Part shown: piece after piece, positions 22,191 through 51,069 of the stretch
Layout of the letters: each line of letters begins with the position of its first letter
How positions within the stretch are numbered: position 1 is the stretch's first letter
NCBI RefSeq assembly: GCF_009914755.1
Contig: NC_060933.1
DNA length: 64,000 nucleotides
Strand: one strand, 5' to 3'
Origin: the human T2T-CHM13v2.0 reference genome, Homo sapiens
Translations under genes and position numbers: made by a program
The notes under the pieces: model-generated
Database searches by the model: none
What the model was told of the DNA's origin: nothing
The model's input: the letters and a program-made list of their open reading frames with translations, nothing else

Positions 22191-22244
22191 CCTCTCCCTC
22201 TCCCTCTCCTCCCTCTCCTCCTCCTCCTCCCTCTCCTCTCTCTC

Positions 22245-22281
<37 letters not shown>
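22191..22281 (+). repeat. (CT)n / CCT polypyrimidine microsatellite
   Basis: Direct reading of the sequence. Confidence 0.95.
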
Positions 22282-22282
<1 letters not shown>

Positions 22283-22384
22283 GAAAAAGCAGCTCTGGAG
22301 GAGGGGTGACTGCCCGAGTCAGGTGTTAGGAGACCCGAGCAGGGCTGGATTCTCATCCTATGCTGTGTGCTTTCTACGACTTAG

Positions 22385-22712
22385 AGCAAAGCTCAGTAAA
22401 CTGTTTCTACAGACAGACAGATAGTAAATTTTTCAGTTTTATGGGCCATACAGTCTCTATCATAACTACAAAACTTTGACAGTGCAGCAGAGAATCAGCC
22501 AAAGGCAGTATGTGAAAAAATGAATGTGACCAAATGCCAATTAAAGCTTCATTCGTGAAGAGTAAAACTTAAAATGGATCACGAAACTTTGTTCTTTAGT
22601 TTTTTTCAACTATTTAAAAATGTAAAAATGGTTATTCTTTGTTCACAGGCTGTACACATTAGGCCACAGGCTGGACTCAGCCCGGGGCTCATAGCTTATA
22701 GACCATTGACTA
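22385..22712. mobile_element. hAT-Charlie MITE, MER58B-like
   Basis: Contains cagatagtaaatttttcagttttatgggccatacagtctct, with a MER58-type 3' end. Confidence 0.65.
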
Positions 22713-23094
22713 GGGGACTTAAAGGACAGTTTTGACATAGTCTCTATTGTTGTCTTACACTCTCAACTCTGAGTTCACATCGTATCATCACTATACTTAC
22801 CCTCTACTGCCTCTTTTTTAAATCTCATTTTCTATCATAAAAAGTAAGACATAGTAAAAAGAGTGAAATATCCTTCTCTTCCCACCCATATTTTACCCTA
22901 TATTCTCTTTCAACAATCTAGTGGGTCTTCGTCATGCAATTAGTGCTGAAAAGCTCAGAACTTGAGATACAAATCTACTTCAGTCTCACAGTTTCATGAT
23001 CTCCACTCCGGCTGCTCTGCCACAGTGAAATAGGACTGGATGCTCAATCTTAACTTCTGTCCCCAAACCAAGTGCTTAAGATATCACGTTTTAC

Positions 23095-23187
23095 CTTTCT
23101 ATAGATGCCAAAAATGGTTCCAACGGACACAAGGCAATCGATGTTGGAAGATCCATCAAGGGGATCAAAACAGACCACATATTTACC
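23095..23187 (-). CDS. FBP1: FBP1 coding exon 3 (93 nt, [31 protein letters not shown])
   Basis: Acceptor gctcag|GGT and donor AAG|GTAA. Contains the DPLDGS catalytic metal-binding motif. Absent from the ORF track; translated by hand. Confidence 0.99.
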
Positions 23188-23667
23188 CTGAGCACAGAAA
23201 AAAGAAATACAACCTTAAAATGTTATAGCAAGATACACTAAAGGAGTATACATTAGGGGCTAAGAATGGGAATTTAGAAGAAAGTTCAAAAAATGTGGGT
23301 CTTATTTATTTGTACTGTCATGGAAGGCATGAGATGGCATACAGAATGCACAGATACACACACATACACACAAGACCATTAAACAGAGAAAATACCACTT
23401 AAGAGGTGCAGATGAAGGTAATGGAATACAGATAAGTCATGATTTCCTATATTGTTGATATAATCAAATCATAATTTTGCATTGAGTTTCCTGGCAGCCA
23501 AAGGAAAAAGAAGGTTAGTCACTCATTTTCCTTTATTTGTAAGGAAAAAAATAATTCCTTAGGTGAAGCAGAGACTTTGCTAGGGTTGAGATCTATAAGA
23601 AACTTCTCATGGAGGTCTTACAGATGCCCCTTGAGGTTGGGGTGCATAGAGTTTTCAAAAATATCCT

Positions 23668-25220
<1,553 letters not shown>

Positions 25221-25622
25221 GCAGAGACAGACCAATAGGGACTCCAATGCGTGCATCAGGGATGGAAGTTTCAAGCAGTCTAGGTCAACAGGAGGGTCAG
25301 TGTGAAGGTCAGGAATTTGGTGGATAGGGATGTAGTACAAGAGGTGACCAACAGAAGCCAGGGTTTGAAGAGCCTTAAACATGGCAATAAAAAGTTAGAA
25401 ATGGAGATGAGTTTGTGGGAGTCCACTGGGGAGAAGGCGGCGTGAGCCACAACACTCATCTGCACAGTGGCTCAGGGAGGATTCGAGAGATGGCAGCAGT
25501 GAGGTGGAAGCTATGAAAAGACCACAGCAGGGATCTAGAGGGACTCCCAGAAACCCAGCTCAGCTGAACAAGTGGAGTCAATTATGAAGCTGGGAAGAAG
25601 ACCGGCTACATTAAAACCCTCA

Positions 25623-26233
<611 letters not shown>

Positions 26234-26246
26234 TTTTTTAAAAAAG

Positions 26247-26830
<584 letters not shown>

Positions 26831-28279
26831 TCATGGTGCCCTGCACACTTTTGTGGTTAAATCAGTGTTTCTTAACTTTGTTTTCATTATGATTCCCCTA
26901 GGGAGCTTTTTAGAACATTTTTTCCTCAACCATACTCCCCCATGAAATATTTTTAATACTACAGATATAGTAGATATCTGTTTATTGCAGTATGTGTCTC
27001 AGTGCTTTTTACATAAAAAGTTTGCGGGTGTTTTTGGTTTTGCCCAGAAAGAACCAGTGTTGGCCCCCAAACACACGGGTTAAACGAATCAATAGAGAGA
27101 CCCAGCAAGCAAGGAAGCCTGGGTCGGGGGTAGCCTGAGTTGCGAGCCAAGCCAAGGGGTTTATGGCTTTATAACTAAAAAGACCCTAAAAGAAACAAAG
27201 CATCAACCGGCCCCTCTGCCTCATTTCATAGAGGAGAAAACTCAGACCCAAGACTCCTGTGGACTTCTCCACACAGGCAGAGGGTAGAAGTGAGACGCTG
27301 CCTATGACTCCCAGGCAGAGGGTGGAGGCGAGACCCTGCCTATGACTCCCAGGCCAGGGCTCTCTTGGTGACACCCTGGGCCCCTGGCAGGAGTCCTAGG
27401 GCATGGAAGTTGCAGGGATCCTGGAGTTTTCACTATTTTTAAGCAACCTGCAAGTCAGTAATTATAGAATTCCCAGAATCCAGTGGCTTGTCTAAACGCA
27501 GCCTAGCTTCTTAGACTTACAGAAGCGGCAGGTTGTCATAGCCTGGGGTTGCCCTGAACACAGAAAGGAGGGAGACGTCTCACAGGAAGGATGCACAGAG
27601 CAAGGCGAGAGCCTTGATGTGGGAAGGGGAAAAGATGGGTCTTTGAAGACACCAGCAAGCCTCTGAAAGTGGGTGGTAAGGGCACACCCGCGCCCTTGGC
27701 CATGATGGCGATGTGCGCTCGCCTGGGAACTGACGGTCCCTGATCCAGTGGCCGTGACTGCTTCAGCTCCTGCAAGTGCATTTGCCCAAAACATAACTCG
27801 CTGTGACTGGCTGGGCAAAACTGAGCCCCTCCTAGAAACCATCCAAACCCACATGCCTGGTCCGGCCTGACTATCTCAGGAGCTAGCTCCGGCTGTCTTC
27901 TCGGGCCCGCCTGTCAGCGTCTTTCAGCCACTCTTGGCATCATTCCCTTTCCAGCCTGCAAAGCACATCTCATCCCACCAGCCCTCCTCCTGCTGCTTCT
28001 CTTTTCACCCATCACTCCTATTTCATGAGTAAAAGACCAAGATGTCTATCGAGCTTTGAGCTCCACCCCATGTCCCTGGGCTTTCGATCCTATTTCCACA
28101 TGATCTTTTTCTGACCCCAATTGTGAGGCTGGGGCTTGTGCAGGAAGAAGGCAGCCAAAATCTGGGAGGCCAGAGGGACTTGGCAGGGCCCACCAGCTCA
28201 AATGCAGCTCCCTCAGTGACCCCACTAGCAGCAGTGCTCTCTCCTTTCCAGCCTGAGAGTTGCACTGTCAAAGTCACTT

Positions 28280-30028
<1,749 letters not shown>

Positions 30029-30689
30029 TCAGCTAGTAATGACTCCAGAGAAGAGCTGTTTGTTAGCAATTTAGCCAAAGGAAACAGTAAGTACATTTTT
30101 CACATATTTCCAAATGGAAGGGAGTGGGTACTATGTGCACATTTATACAAGTAATTTTGTAAAGCCTGAGGTCTTTTTCCTGTGATGCCTGGATCCAGGA
30201 AGCATCTAAATTCAGAGAGAGGAGACCGGAGGGAGAAAGTCCTTGTAAGGATGGCTCTGATTTGCAGTACTCCTGGGCCAGCCCCACCACCCAGAGACAG
30301 ACAAGTTATCCTGTAACTGTGTCCCAAACACAGGGGCACCGTGACTTGTTTTGTGGGATTAAATGAAAGTAGGCTATTTCCTCATGCAGTGGACTGCATT
30401 TTCCGAGCTTGCAGACTCAGCAGTTGGCCAGATTAAAGTGAGAAGCAACTTCTGTTGCCCCAGATCATGCCCAGACCTACGAGAGGTTACAGTCAGTGTC
30501 AGGGTGGGTGACTTAGCAAATCATGACCACCAGCCAGCCCTCCCCACTGCCATTCCAAGAGTCTCAGATGGCTCCTACCCTTGGCACACAGAGGAACCAA
30601 CACAGAGAAGCTGAGGGCCACAGAAGGGGTGGTACACCGTTCACGATGGTAGGCTTGTGGGGCCACACAGCACTCTGCAAGGACGCATG

Positions 30690-31310
<621 letters not shown>

Positions 31311-32083
31311 AATGGGCTCCACCTGCTTTGCGTTTCCATGACCCCGCTGGGTGGTGACAGATGCGTTAAGCTGGTTCCTGCCCCTTTCTTGGGAACGCCT
31401 CTTCTCTTTACCCCCAGTAAGCGTCCCTCCCCTCTTCTAGCAGGAAGGACCCTTCTCCAGCTATCCTCCAGTTGTCTTTGAAGTGTAAGAGAACACATGA
31501 AGATAGATTACTCTGGGCTGCTCCAACTCAATGTTCACGTACTTTATAACTTTGCTAAGATATCTTGAGGGAAGGCTTCTCCTGGTTAATCCTGGCGTTA
31601 GGAAAAGCTTCCAGAAAAGCACAGGAAAAGGATCCTAAGGTAGAAACAGTGGGTCAAGAGAATAAATTCCCCCGGCTGCCAGCCAACTATGCTGCCATGT
31701 TGATAGCAACAATGTCCAGGTGTCCCTCATGTCTCCAGGTCTCCTCTGAGCCGCAGTGAGTTAAGCTGGCCACACCGTGCTGGTCCCACCACCCTGGCTT
31801 AGTCCTGTCAGGGCTGCACAGCCATGATGAGCAGTCAGGACCAGACGCAGGCTCCATCAAGCCTCCCCTGTCACACCTCGGGGACCCTAAGAAGGGCTTG
31901 AGATTTCCCCGAGTAACACATTTACACAGGTCAATGAAAAGTGGCAAGCAGGCAAGGCTTCTGTGATTCTGAGAGAGGAAAAATTCCTCAGAAACAAGCT
32001 CAAGGACTTAATTAGCTGAAGATCACATGCAGTTTATTTTCTCCATAAGTTTTCAGAAGCCCCCTTAGAAATACTAAATGTCT

Positions 32084-32714
<631 letters not shown>

Positions 32715-33417
32715 TCATCATTCCTGAATGGCCCTGAAGGATAGATTAACAAGAGCATTCACTCTATATTCCAATCACCACCTAGAGAGGGCGGGCTCAG
32801 CAGCCTAGAGTCAATAGCAGGTGTGGGTCTCAGCTCCTGGTGAGACAGCCCTGAGCCCTAGCGAATGCAGCGGCTGCCATCCCCCGTCTGAAGTTCTAGG
32901 AAGACTCCAGGAGAGCCCAGTGGATCCAGAAGACCATCCTGCCTTGGAAGGCGTTTCCAGGAGGCAGCTGTGAACCAGAGGTGATGACACCAACTACCCT
33001 CCGTGGGACTCGACTGGAGCCTTGCACACACCACCCAGCTCCCTTCTAGATCAGCTCCCAATTTGCCATTCTCTAGGGATGGGAAAAGGCAGCAAATGAG
33101 GCTGGAGGGATATGGGAAACCATCACACAACCCTGTCCAAAAAAGCCCTCCCCAGGCCAACTGTGCCTTACAATTAAAGGAGAGGAACAGGTGAAATGGC
33201 CAAGACATGGGCTGAACTGAGCCAGATGTAAACCTCCAGGCCTAGCTCCCTTCCCCTACCTCCCTCCCCTGCTCTGCCCCTCAGCCCCACTGCCAGAAAA
33301 GGAGTCAACAGTAGCAGTTGGGGGCTGATCATGCAGGGGCAGGAAGGGCAATTTTGATTGAGCCAGTGACTTGATCTGCCAAGGAAATGTTTTCTGAATA
33401 AAAGTTATCACAGAGGT

Positions 33418-37997
<4,580 letters not shown>

Positions 37998-38722
37998 AAT
38001 ATAGCCTTCAGGAAAACAATGATATTAATAACATTGGTACCCAATTAGTAAACTTAATTGATCCTCCTATGAGTCTCTGAGGCTGTCTCCATCTTAACAA
38101 TTGGAGAAACAGGTTCAGTGATGTCACATCAACAGCCCAATCCTCACAGATGTTGAATGGCAGGGCCAGGAATCTAAGCTTGGCTCCATCTCTCTCCAAA
38201 ACGTGCTCTGAATCCCTGCACATTCCTGTCTGCTAAACTGGTCCAGATCTCCTCCTCTTTTCTCTGCCTCAGGGCAAGCGTGCCAAAACAGACAGGCAAA
38301 ACAGCCTGCAGCTGGACAGCATCTCCCAACAGATCACCCTCTAACATCTCAAGTTCAGCGTTTCCAAAATGTTGGGATCATCTTCCCTCCTTCCCCAGAC
38401 TAAAAACCAGCTCCTCCTTGTTTTTGTTTTTGTGTTGTTTTGTTTTGTGGTGGCATGGGCTCTGCATTCAATTGCTAGGACCAGCGATTTCAGAAACTCC
38501 CTCACAGCCCTTCTCATCTAATCCATGCTCAGACTTCTTCCAAATCCTTCCTCTCCCCTCCAAGGCTGCAGCTCTGCTGGCTACTCAACTGACGGCTCCC
38601 CCTTGCCACTGGTTTTCCCATATCCTATCTTTCGCTCTTCCGATATACTTCCAGCCACACCTTCTCCAGATTTGTCTCCAGTCACGCAACTGCCCCACTC
38701 AAAAAACTTTCAAAATCCTTGA

Positions 38723-39631
<909 letters not shown>

Positions 39632-40079
39632 GAAAGCATCTTTCAAAACCTCTATTGCGTGTTAGAACGATACAAATATTTTTTCCTACAGAGTAAACTC
39701 TGTGTTGTTCTCGTCTTCTGGAACTTTGTACATGGTGGATGTTCAGTAATATTTTGTTAATTGAATGAAATCAGTGAATTCTTCAGTCAGTGATTTGGAA
39801 ATGGATACAAAGGGAAGTCAACTCCACAAAACAAAAAACCTGAAGCCACTGGAGCACCACTTTCTCCCAAAGGAATGCAAAGTGGACAACACTCGAATTT
39901 GACATTTGAACCACAACTTCATCAGCTTGACTTCAAGTTGCAGACTGTTCTGATCTGCACAGTTTCTCTCCCAAGAGTGGATGGAGGGAGCCAGAAGCCC
40001 AGAGGGAAGTCTCCCAGGGCACATTTGCCCAAAGCAATGACTCCTTGGTATCTAAGCCTGAATTCACATCAAAAATGTC

Positions 40080-43533
<3,454 letters not shown>

Positions 43534-44449
43534 TCACAATGTGATGAGTAGACAAACAGTATCTGATGGGCAGCACCCACCACAGGAGAACTTCTTAGAA
43601 ATGCAGAATCTCAGGACCTGTCCCAGAGCTATGGAAGGAGGGCACACATCTTACCAAGATCCCCAAATGATTCCTGTGCCCAGTGACGTTCGAGATGCAC
43701 TCCATAGCGCATTCAGAACCATTCTACAAACCACTTTTGAGCTTTCCACTAATTGGGCAGAGGCTGCACACACCATCATTGCAAATCGATAGGGGTTTTG
43801 AAGCCCTGGGTGTTTCCTGTTTCTGGCACAGCATGGCAACTGTCCCAGCAAGGGGCAGCCCACGGGAGCTCCTTTGCACACAAGCCCTGCTGCTCCTAAA
43901 GGCTCTGGACACACAGGAGACCTCCCAGCCTGCTTGCGGGGGGGCGGGGGGACACTCGCTCCTAACAGGTCTTGTTTCAGGTCAGAGATAACTGGATTAG
44001 AAACCTGACTTGGGTCCCTAATTGCAGAAAGAGTGAAGGAGGACAAAGAAGAAATGGGGAAGGAAGGCACCTGAGCTAGCACTTTCCTGTCTGAGGCTAG
44101 GGCGGGTATGACGGGCAGGCCAGGTGCCCACACTTGGCCGGCTGAGAGGGGTACGAGGCAGGCTGCTCAGGGCAGAGAAGAGGAATGCAAGATGGAATCA
44201 GGTGTACACCTGTGAGACGGACCCCCAGGTGGGCCCCTCCAAGGTCAAGGGAGGAGATGAGGACTTGAGTGAGGCTGAGCCAGCTTCTGGAGAGAGGGGC
44301 TACCAGACAGAGAGCGAGAGAGGCGCTCAGACATCAGACGGACAGACAGAGGCTGACGGCAGGAGGCTCAGAGGGCCCAACGTCAGCCCGCCGGGCAGGC
44401 TCCCCAGGCAGACAGACAGGACGGGGCCCACCGCCCAAGGCCCGACTCA

Positions 44450-44860
<411 letters not shown>

Positions 44861-45147
44861 TTAGACGCGGGTCGGCCCCCCGCCCCCGGGAACACTCTTG
44901 CGCCCCGCCTACCCCGCGGACCAGACCGCGGCTCCGCCTGCTTGGATCTTCAGACAAGGTCGGGGATCCTCCCTGCGGTCTCCCAACCCCCGCCCCCACG
45001 CGCCCTGCCGCCCCCTAGTCTTCCTGGGCTGTCGCCCCCCACACACACCCCTCCGTGCCCTCCACCCGCACTGTGGAGCGGGACTCGGGCCATCGGACTC
45101 TGCCAGAGAGAAAGCTATGACTGTTTCCTCCAAAATCATAAAACGGA

Positions 45148-45162
45148 AGTTCAGAAAGGTTA
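45148..45162 (+). promoter_or_regulatory. DR3 nuclear receptor element (VDRE/RARE) AGTTCA-gaa-AGGTTA
   Basis: Two RGKTSA-like half-sites with a 3-nt spacer. Consistent with the known vitamin D3/retinoic acid responsiveness of the FBP1 promoter. Overlaps an ETS core CGGAAGT at 45144-45150. Confidence 0.85.
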
Positions 45163-45353
45163 AGTAACTTGCTCAATGCCACCAGCTAGGCAGCGAAACC
45201 CGCAGCCAGTCCACATGGCCTGGCTTTAGCTCTGCAGCTCCTGCCCCGTGTGGCTGCCTGCCCCCGCCCCCTGCCCAAGCCCCGTCCACTCTGCCTGGCC
45301 TGTCACCTGGCCCTTCTGTCCCCGCTAGGAGACACAGAGTCCCCGTTTCTCAC

Positions 45354-45560
45354 CCATCTGAGGGCCCACGTCTGAATCCTTAATCCAGGCCTCTTCTCAA
45401 GATTCCTAGAATTCGAGAGCTATTGAGTATTTGAATTTCCAAGATGTGAGTCTCGCCCGGAAGTTTCCCGGAAAACGGTCGCTGACACAGAGTCCTCGGC
45501 TACCACACAAAGGCCAGAGGGCTCCACCGCCCGCATCCTGACCCCCTGGTAGCCACAATG
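45354..45560 (-). other. FBP1: Probable upstream non-coding first exon of an alternative FBP1 transcript
   Basis: Good donor GATGG|GTGAGA (GT at 45353-45352) that could splice to the acceptor at 44645. FBP1 is known to have an 8-exon isoform. The 5' end is approximate. Confidence 0.55.
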
Positions 45561-45574
45561 CTGCAATTGATGTG

Positions 45575-46530
45575 CTGATTCACGGAACAACACCTATTGA
45601 GCACCTGCTGTGCTGAACACTGTCCTACCTTCCAGGGGTGGAGCCTGATCCAAACAGACAAAACTCCTGCCCTTTTCGAGTGTACGTTTTCACAGAGAAA
45701 CAGTAAAAATAAATATATAAACAATAGATTAGTTTGTTACATAAGCCATAAGTACCATAGAGAGAAACGAAATAGAAAAGGAAGACACGGAATGTGGAGG
45801 GGAGAAGAGGGTGAGCAGAGGCCTCAGTAAAAGCTTCTCTGAGAAAGGGATATGTGAGCAAAGAGGTGAAGGATGCAACGCGCCGGTGGAGATGGGAAGG
45901 AGAGCGGTTTCCTCACCGGGAGAGCCAGTGCACAGGCCCTGGGGTAGGAGACCATGTTTCAGGTTCAGGGAATGGCCAGGAGACCGGTGGAGCTGAAATA
46001 GAGCTAGCAAGGGTCAGAGGTGGAGGAGATAAGGCCAGCGGGAGGATGCAGAGGTGAGGTCTAGAGGGCCAAGTGAGGTTTGACTTTGACTAGGAGGAAC
46101 CCACTGGAGAGTTTGGAGAAGAAGAGAGGCATGGTCTACCCTGTGTCTTCATACTGCGGCTACTGTGTGAAGATCAGACTGAAGACAGTGCCCTCCAGGT
46201 TACTAGGAGATAGTGAGCCAGGTGTTAGCAGTGGAGGTGGTGGATTCTGGACATATTTTGAAGGTAGAGCTGATGGGATTCATTGACAGATGAGATATGT
46301 GAGAGACAGGAGTCTCGGATGATTCTAAGGTTTGAGGCCTGAGAAACTAGAAGAATGCAGTTGTCCTCGACTGCGATGGGGAACACCGAGAGGGGCGTGT
46401 GCTGGAGGCAGGACTGACAATTAGGAGCTAAGTGTGGGACCTGCTAAGTTTGAAATGCCTTCTAGACATCCAAGGCAATGTCAAATAGACAGATTTATGT
46501 ATCTGGAGTTCAGAGGAGAGATCCATGCTG
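45575..46530 (-). mobile_element. L2 LINE fragment directly upstream of the promoter
   Basis: cacctattgagcacctgctgtgct...; aagtttgaaatgccttctagacatccaag...ctggagttcagaggagag. Confidence 0.7.
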
Positions 46531-47135
46531 CAGGTATAAATTGGAAAAGCCAACTGGAAAAACCAACCAAAAACCAAGAGATGTGACATCCGGGAAGCCA
46601 GATGAAGAAGGTAAGTAAAGGCGGGCTGACCCATGTGCCAAGCGGTGTGGATGGGGCAGGCAGGACAAGCTCTGAAAATTGACTGCTGGATTCACCGTGG
46701 AGACCTGGGGTGCAGATTCCTGTGCCCAGGGTTGTCAGATGCGGCGGCGTTGAATGAAGGAAGGTGGTGGTACCACCAGGAAAGACAGCGACTGTCTCCT
46801 CAAAGCCCCAGAGGGGACTTAGATGCCTGGCAAAGAGAGTTGATCCTTTAAGGGTCTTATTTAACTCTTTGTTCCTCAGGCAACTTTTCAGGAAAAACCC
46901 TGTGTTAAAAAAAATAGTAAGAGAAATACATCCTTAAACATAAAAACTCAAATAGGCCCGGCTCACTGGCTCACACCTGTAATCCCAGCACTTCACTTTG
47001 GGAGGCCGAGGCGGGCAGATCACCTGAGGTTGGGAGCTCGAGACCAGCCTGACCAACATGGAGAAACCCCGTCTCTACTAAAAGTACAAAAATTAGCTGG
47101 GCATGGTGGTGCATGCCTGTAATTCCAGCTACTCA

Positions 47136-47240
<105 letters not shown>

Positions 47241-47353
47241 TCAAAAAAAAAAAAAAAAAAGAAAAACAAACAAACTGGAGGCTGAGGCGGGCAGATCTTG
47301 AGGTCAGGAGTTCAAGACCAGCCTGGCCAACATGGTGAAACCCATCTCTACTA

Positions 47354-47653
<300 letters not shown>

Positions 47654-49418
47654 CTAGGACCGTAAAAGTCATCTAGTCCAGCCAACCCTCATTGGACACC
47701 ATCCCTGATAAGAGGTGAAGAGCTTGGGATCTGCATTAAGCAAACTTGTTTGAGTCCCAGCTCCAGCCCTCAGCAGCCAGAGATCTCGGACCAGTTACCT
47801 AATCTCTGTAAACCCAGTTTGTTCATCCATATAGTGGAATAATGGTTCCATCTGGCAGTGGTGTCATCGGGCTGAAATGAGATGGCATTGGCAGAGTGCT
47901 TAGCTCAGAGCTACACACAGGGGACACACTGAATACGTGGAGGAGACCCCTGTCTAGCTCAGTCACTTCTGCTTGTCACCCACGATGATGGGCAGCTCAT
48001 TGCCTACAAGGCAAGCCATTCCCCTTGGGACTAGGCCACGTCGCATTGTGGTGAAGTGCACAGACTCTGGGGCTGCATGGCTTGGGTCCAAACCCTGGCC
48101 TGGCCACTTACTGGCTGTGCAAGCCTGTGCAATTGGCTAAACCTCACCAAGCAACCATTGGCTCATCTGTAAACTGGGGCTAATGATTGTAGCCACCTCA
48201 TAGGGTTGCTGGGAGAATTATACAGGCAGTGCTGGTAGTGTTTAAGAACAGTGCCCAGCATGTAGTAAGTACACAGTATGTAAGTGTTTCCTTCGTTACA
48301 TGGGTAGGGCCAACTGTTGTTTTCATGTGAACAGAAGCAAGAAAGTTCCCTGGCCATCAAAAGGGGCTAGAGGGATGTGGGAATTGGCAGCTGAGCCTGT
48401 ATTTGCCTGGTGTGCAGTGATATCCCCTCCATCATATTGGTCGATTGTGACTCGCTCTTTTCTGGGTCAAGATGCATAAAGCCCATCACCCAGGTATTAG
48501 CAAGAGACAGAGGAAGGCGGCCACCTCACATGGGTTCCTGGCCTGTGGGTTGGGCCCCTCCCTCCTCCACCCACCACCCTCGCAGAGTTGCTTCTTGCCA
48601 CATACTCCAACTTCACATGGGATTGCAGATTCAAGTGATGTGAGCAGTATTACCACATGTGTAACACTCGAAATCCTGCGAAGAATCAGTGCTCATGCAT
48701 TTCCTCACCCAGCTCCCACGATGGGGTTATGTTGGAGGCGGGCAGTGGAGAAGTAACAGTGTGGACAGTCCCTGCCCCTACAACAGCCGCCCTCAACCCA
48801 GGGCTCCACTGCTTACTTTCCCCTCTGTGGGGGCGGTTAGTGCCACAGGAAAGAAAAACAGGCCAGGCACAGTGCACACACCTGTAATCCCAATGCTCTG
48901 GGTTGCCGAGGCAGACAGACCACTTGAGCCCAGGAATTTTAAAAGCGGCCTGGACAACATAAGGAAAACACTGTCTCTAAAAAAATTTAAAAATTACCCA
49001 GGAGTGGTGGCGCATGCCTGTAGTCTCAGCTACTGGAGAGGCTGAAGGAGGAGGATCACTTGAGCCCAAGAGGTCGAGGCTGCGGTGAGCCGTGATCACA
49101 GCACTGCACTCCAGCCTAGGCAATAGAGTGAGAGTGTGTCTCTAACAAAAAGACAAAAAGAAAAACAAAAGCCAAGTGGTGTATGTGAGAGGGATTGCAG
49201 TAGCATGGTCCTTCCTTAAACACCTCCCCCAGTTCCTGTGGCCCCGGGGGCCTGGTGTGGAAACTAAACAGCAAACATCTATTTAGCACTTGCTAAGGGT
49301 GTGGCACTTGCCCAGGGCTTCAGAAGCAGCCTTTAATCAATCCAGAACCACTCTGAGGTGGCTTCTAATCAAACCCCTGTCTTTACAGATGAAGGGACTG
49401 AGGCTTTTCTTTCTTTTC

Positions 49419-49452
<34 letters not shown>

Positions 49453-49458
49453 AGATAG

Positions 49459-49557
<99 letters not shown>

Positions 49558-50667
49558 TGAGTAGCTGGGACTACAGGCCCCCGCCACTTCGCCCAGCTAA
49601 TTTTTTGTATTTTTAGTAGAGATGGGGTTTCACTGTGTTAGCCAGGATGGTCTCAATCTCCTGACCTCGTGATCCACCCACCTCAGCCTCCCAAAGTGCT
49701 GAGATTACAGGCGTGAGCCACTGTGCTTGGCCCAATTTTTGTATTTTTAGTAGAGATGGGATTTCACCATGTTGGTCAGGCTGGTCTCAAACTCCCAACC
49801 TCAGGTAATCTGCCCGCCTCGGCCTCCCAAAGGGCTGGAATTACAGATGTGAGCCACCACGCCCGGCCAACAAGGTCAAATAACCTGTCCAAGGCCTGCA
49901 GCCAGGCAGGAAGTGACAGAACAAAGACTCAAACCCTCATCTGTCTGATTCCAAACCCCATATTCCCACTGACTTGCTGGTTCTTTCCTAAGTGGCAGTT
50001 TCCCTCCACGTCATGCCTCCAGGGACAGGCAAGGCTCTGAGCCCGCCTACGGCAGCTCTCTGGACTCTAGAGCTATTTCTGGGCTCATGTTCATTCATTC
50101 TTTCACTCAACACATAGTTTTTGAACACCTGCTGTATGCCAAAACCATACCACACCCTGAGGTTGCAGTGGTGAACAGGACAGACACAGCTCAGTCCACT
50201 TTAGGTTTATATTCTTTGTTGGGGAGATAAGAAAAAAAATCATTTAACCAACAAAGACACAAAACTGTTTCAGGGAGCAGAGTGCTATGAAGACTGTAAA
50301 GCAGGATGAGGTAAAAACTCAAAGCCTTTCTTATGAAATGACTTTTGATCAGAGACTGAACAACAGAAAGGAATGGGGCAAATGAAGAGCTCATAGAGGA
50401 ACATACAGAAGAACAAGCAAGGCTACGGCAGGTGCAAAGACCCTGGTGCATTCAAGGATCAGCTGGGAGAAGGCCAGTGTGGCCTGAAGGGCAAGTGAGG
50501 GAAGAACCACAGGAGATAAAGTTGGAAAGAGAGACGAGGGCAGATTATGAAAGGCCTCACAGCAAGTCGCTCAGGTTCTATTCATGCAGCCAGAAGACAG
50601 GGGAGGCCAGGTGCAGTGGCTCACGCCTGTAATCCCAGCACTTTGGGAGGCCGAGGCAGGCGGATCA

Positions 50668-51069
<402 letters not shown>

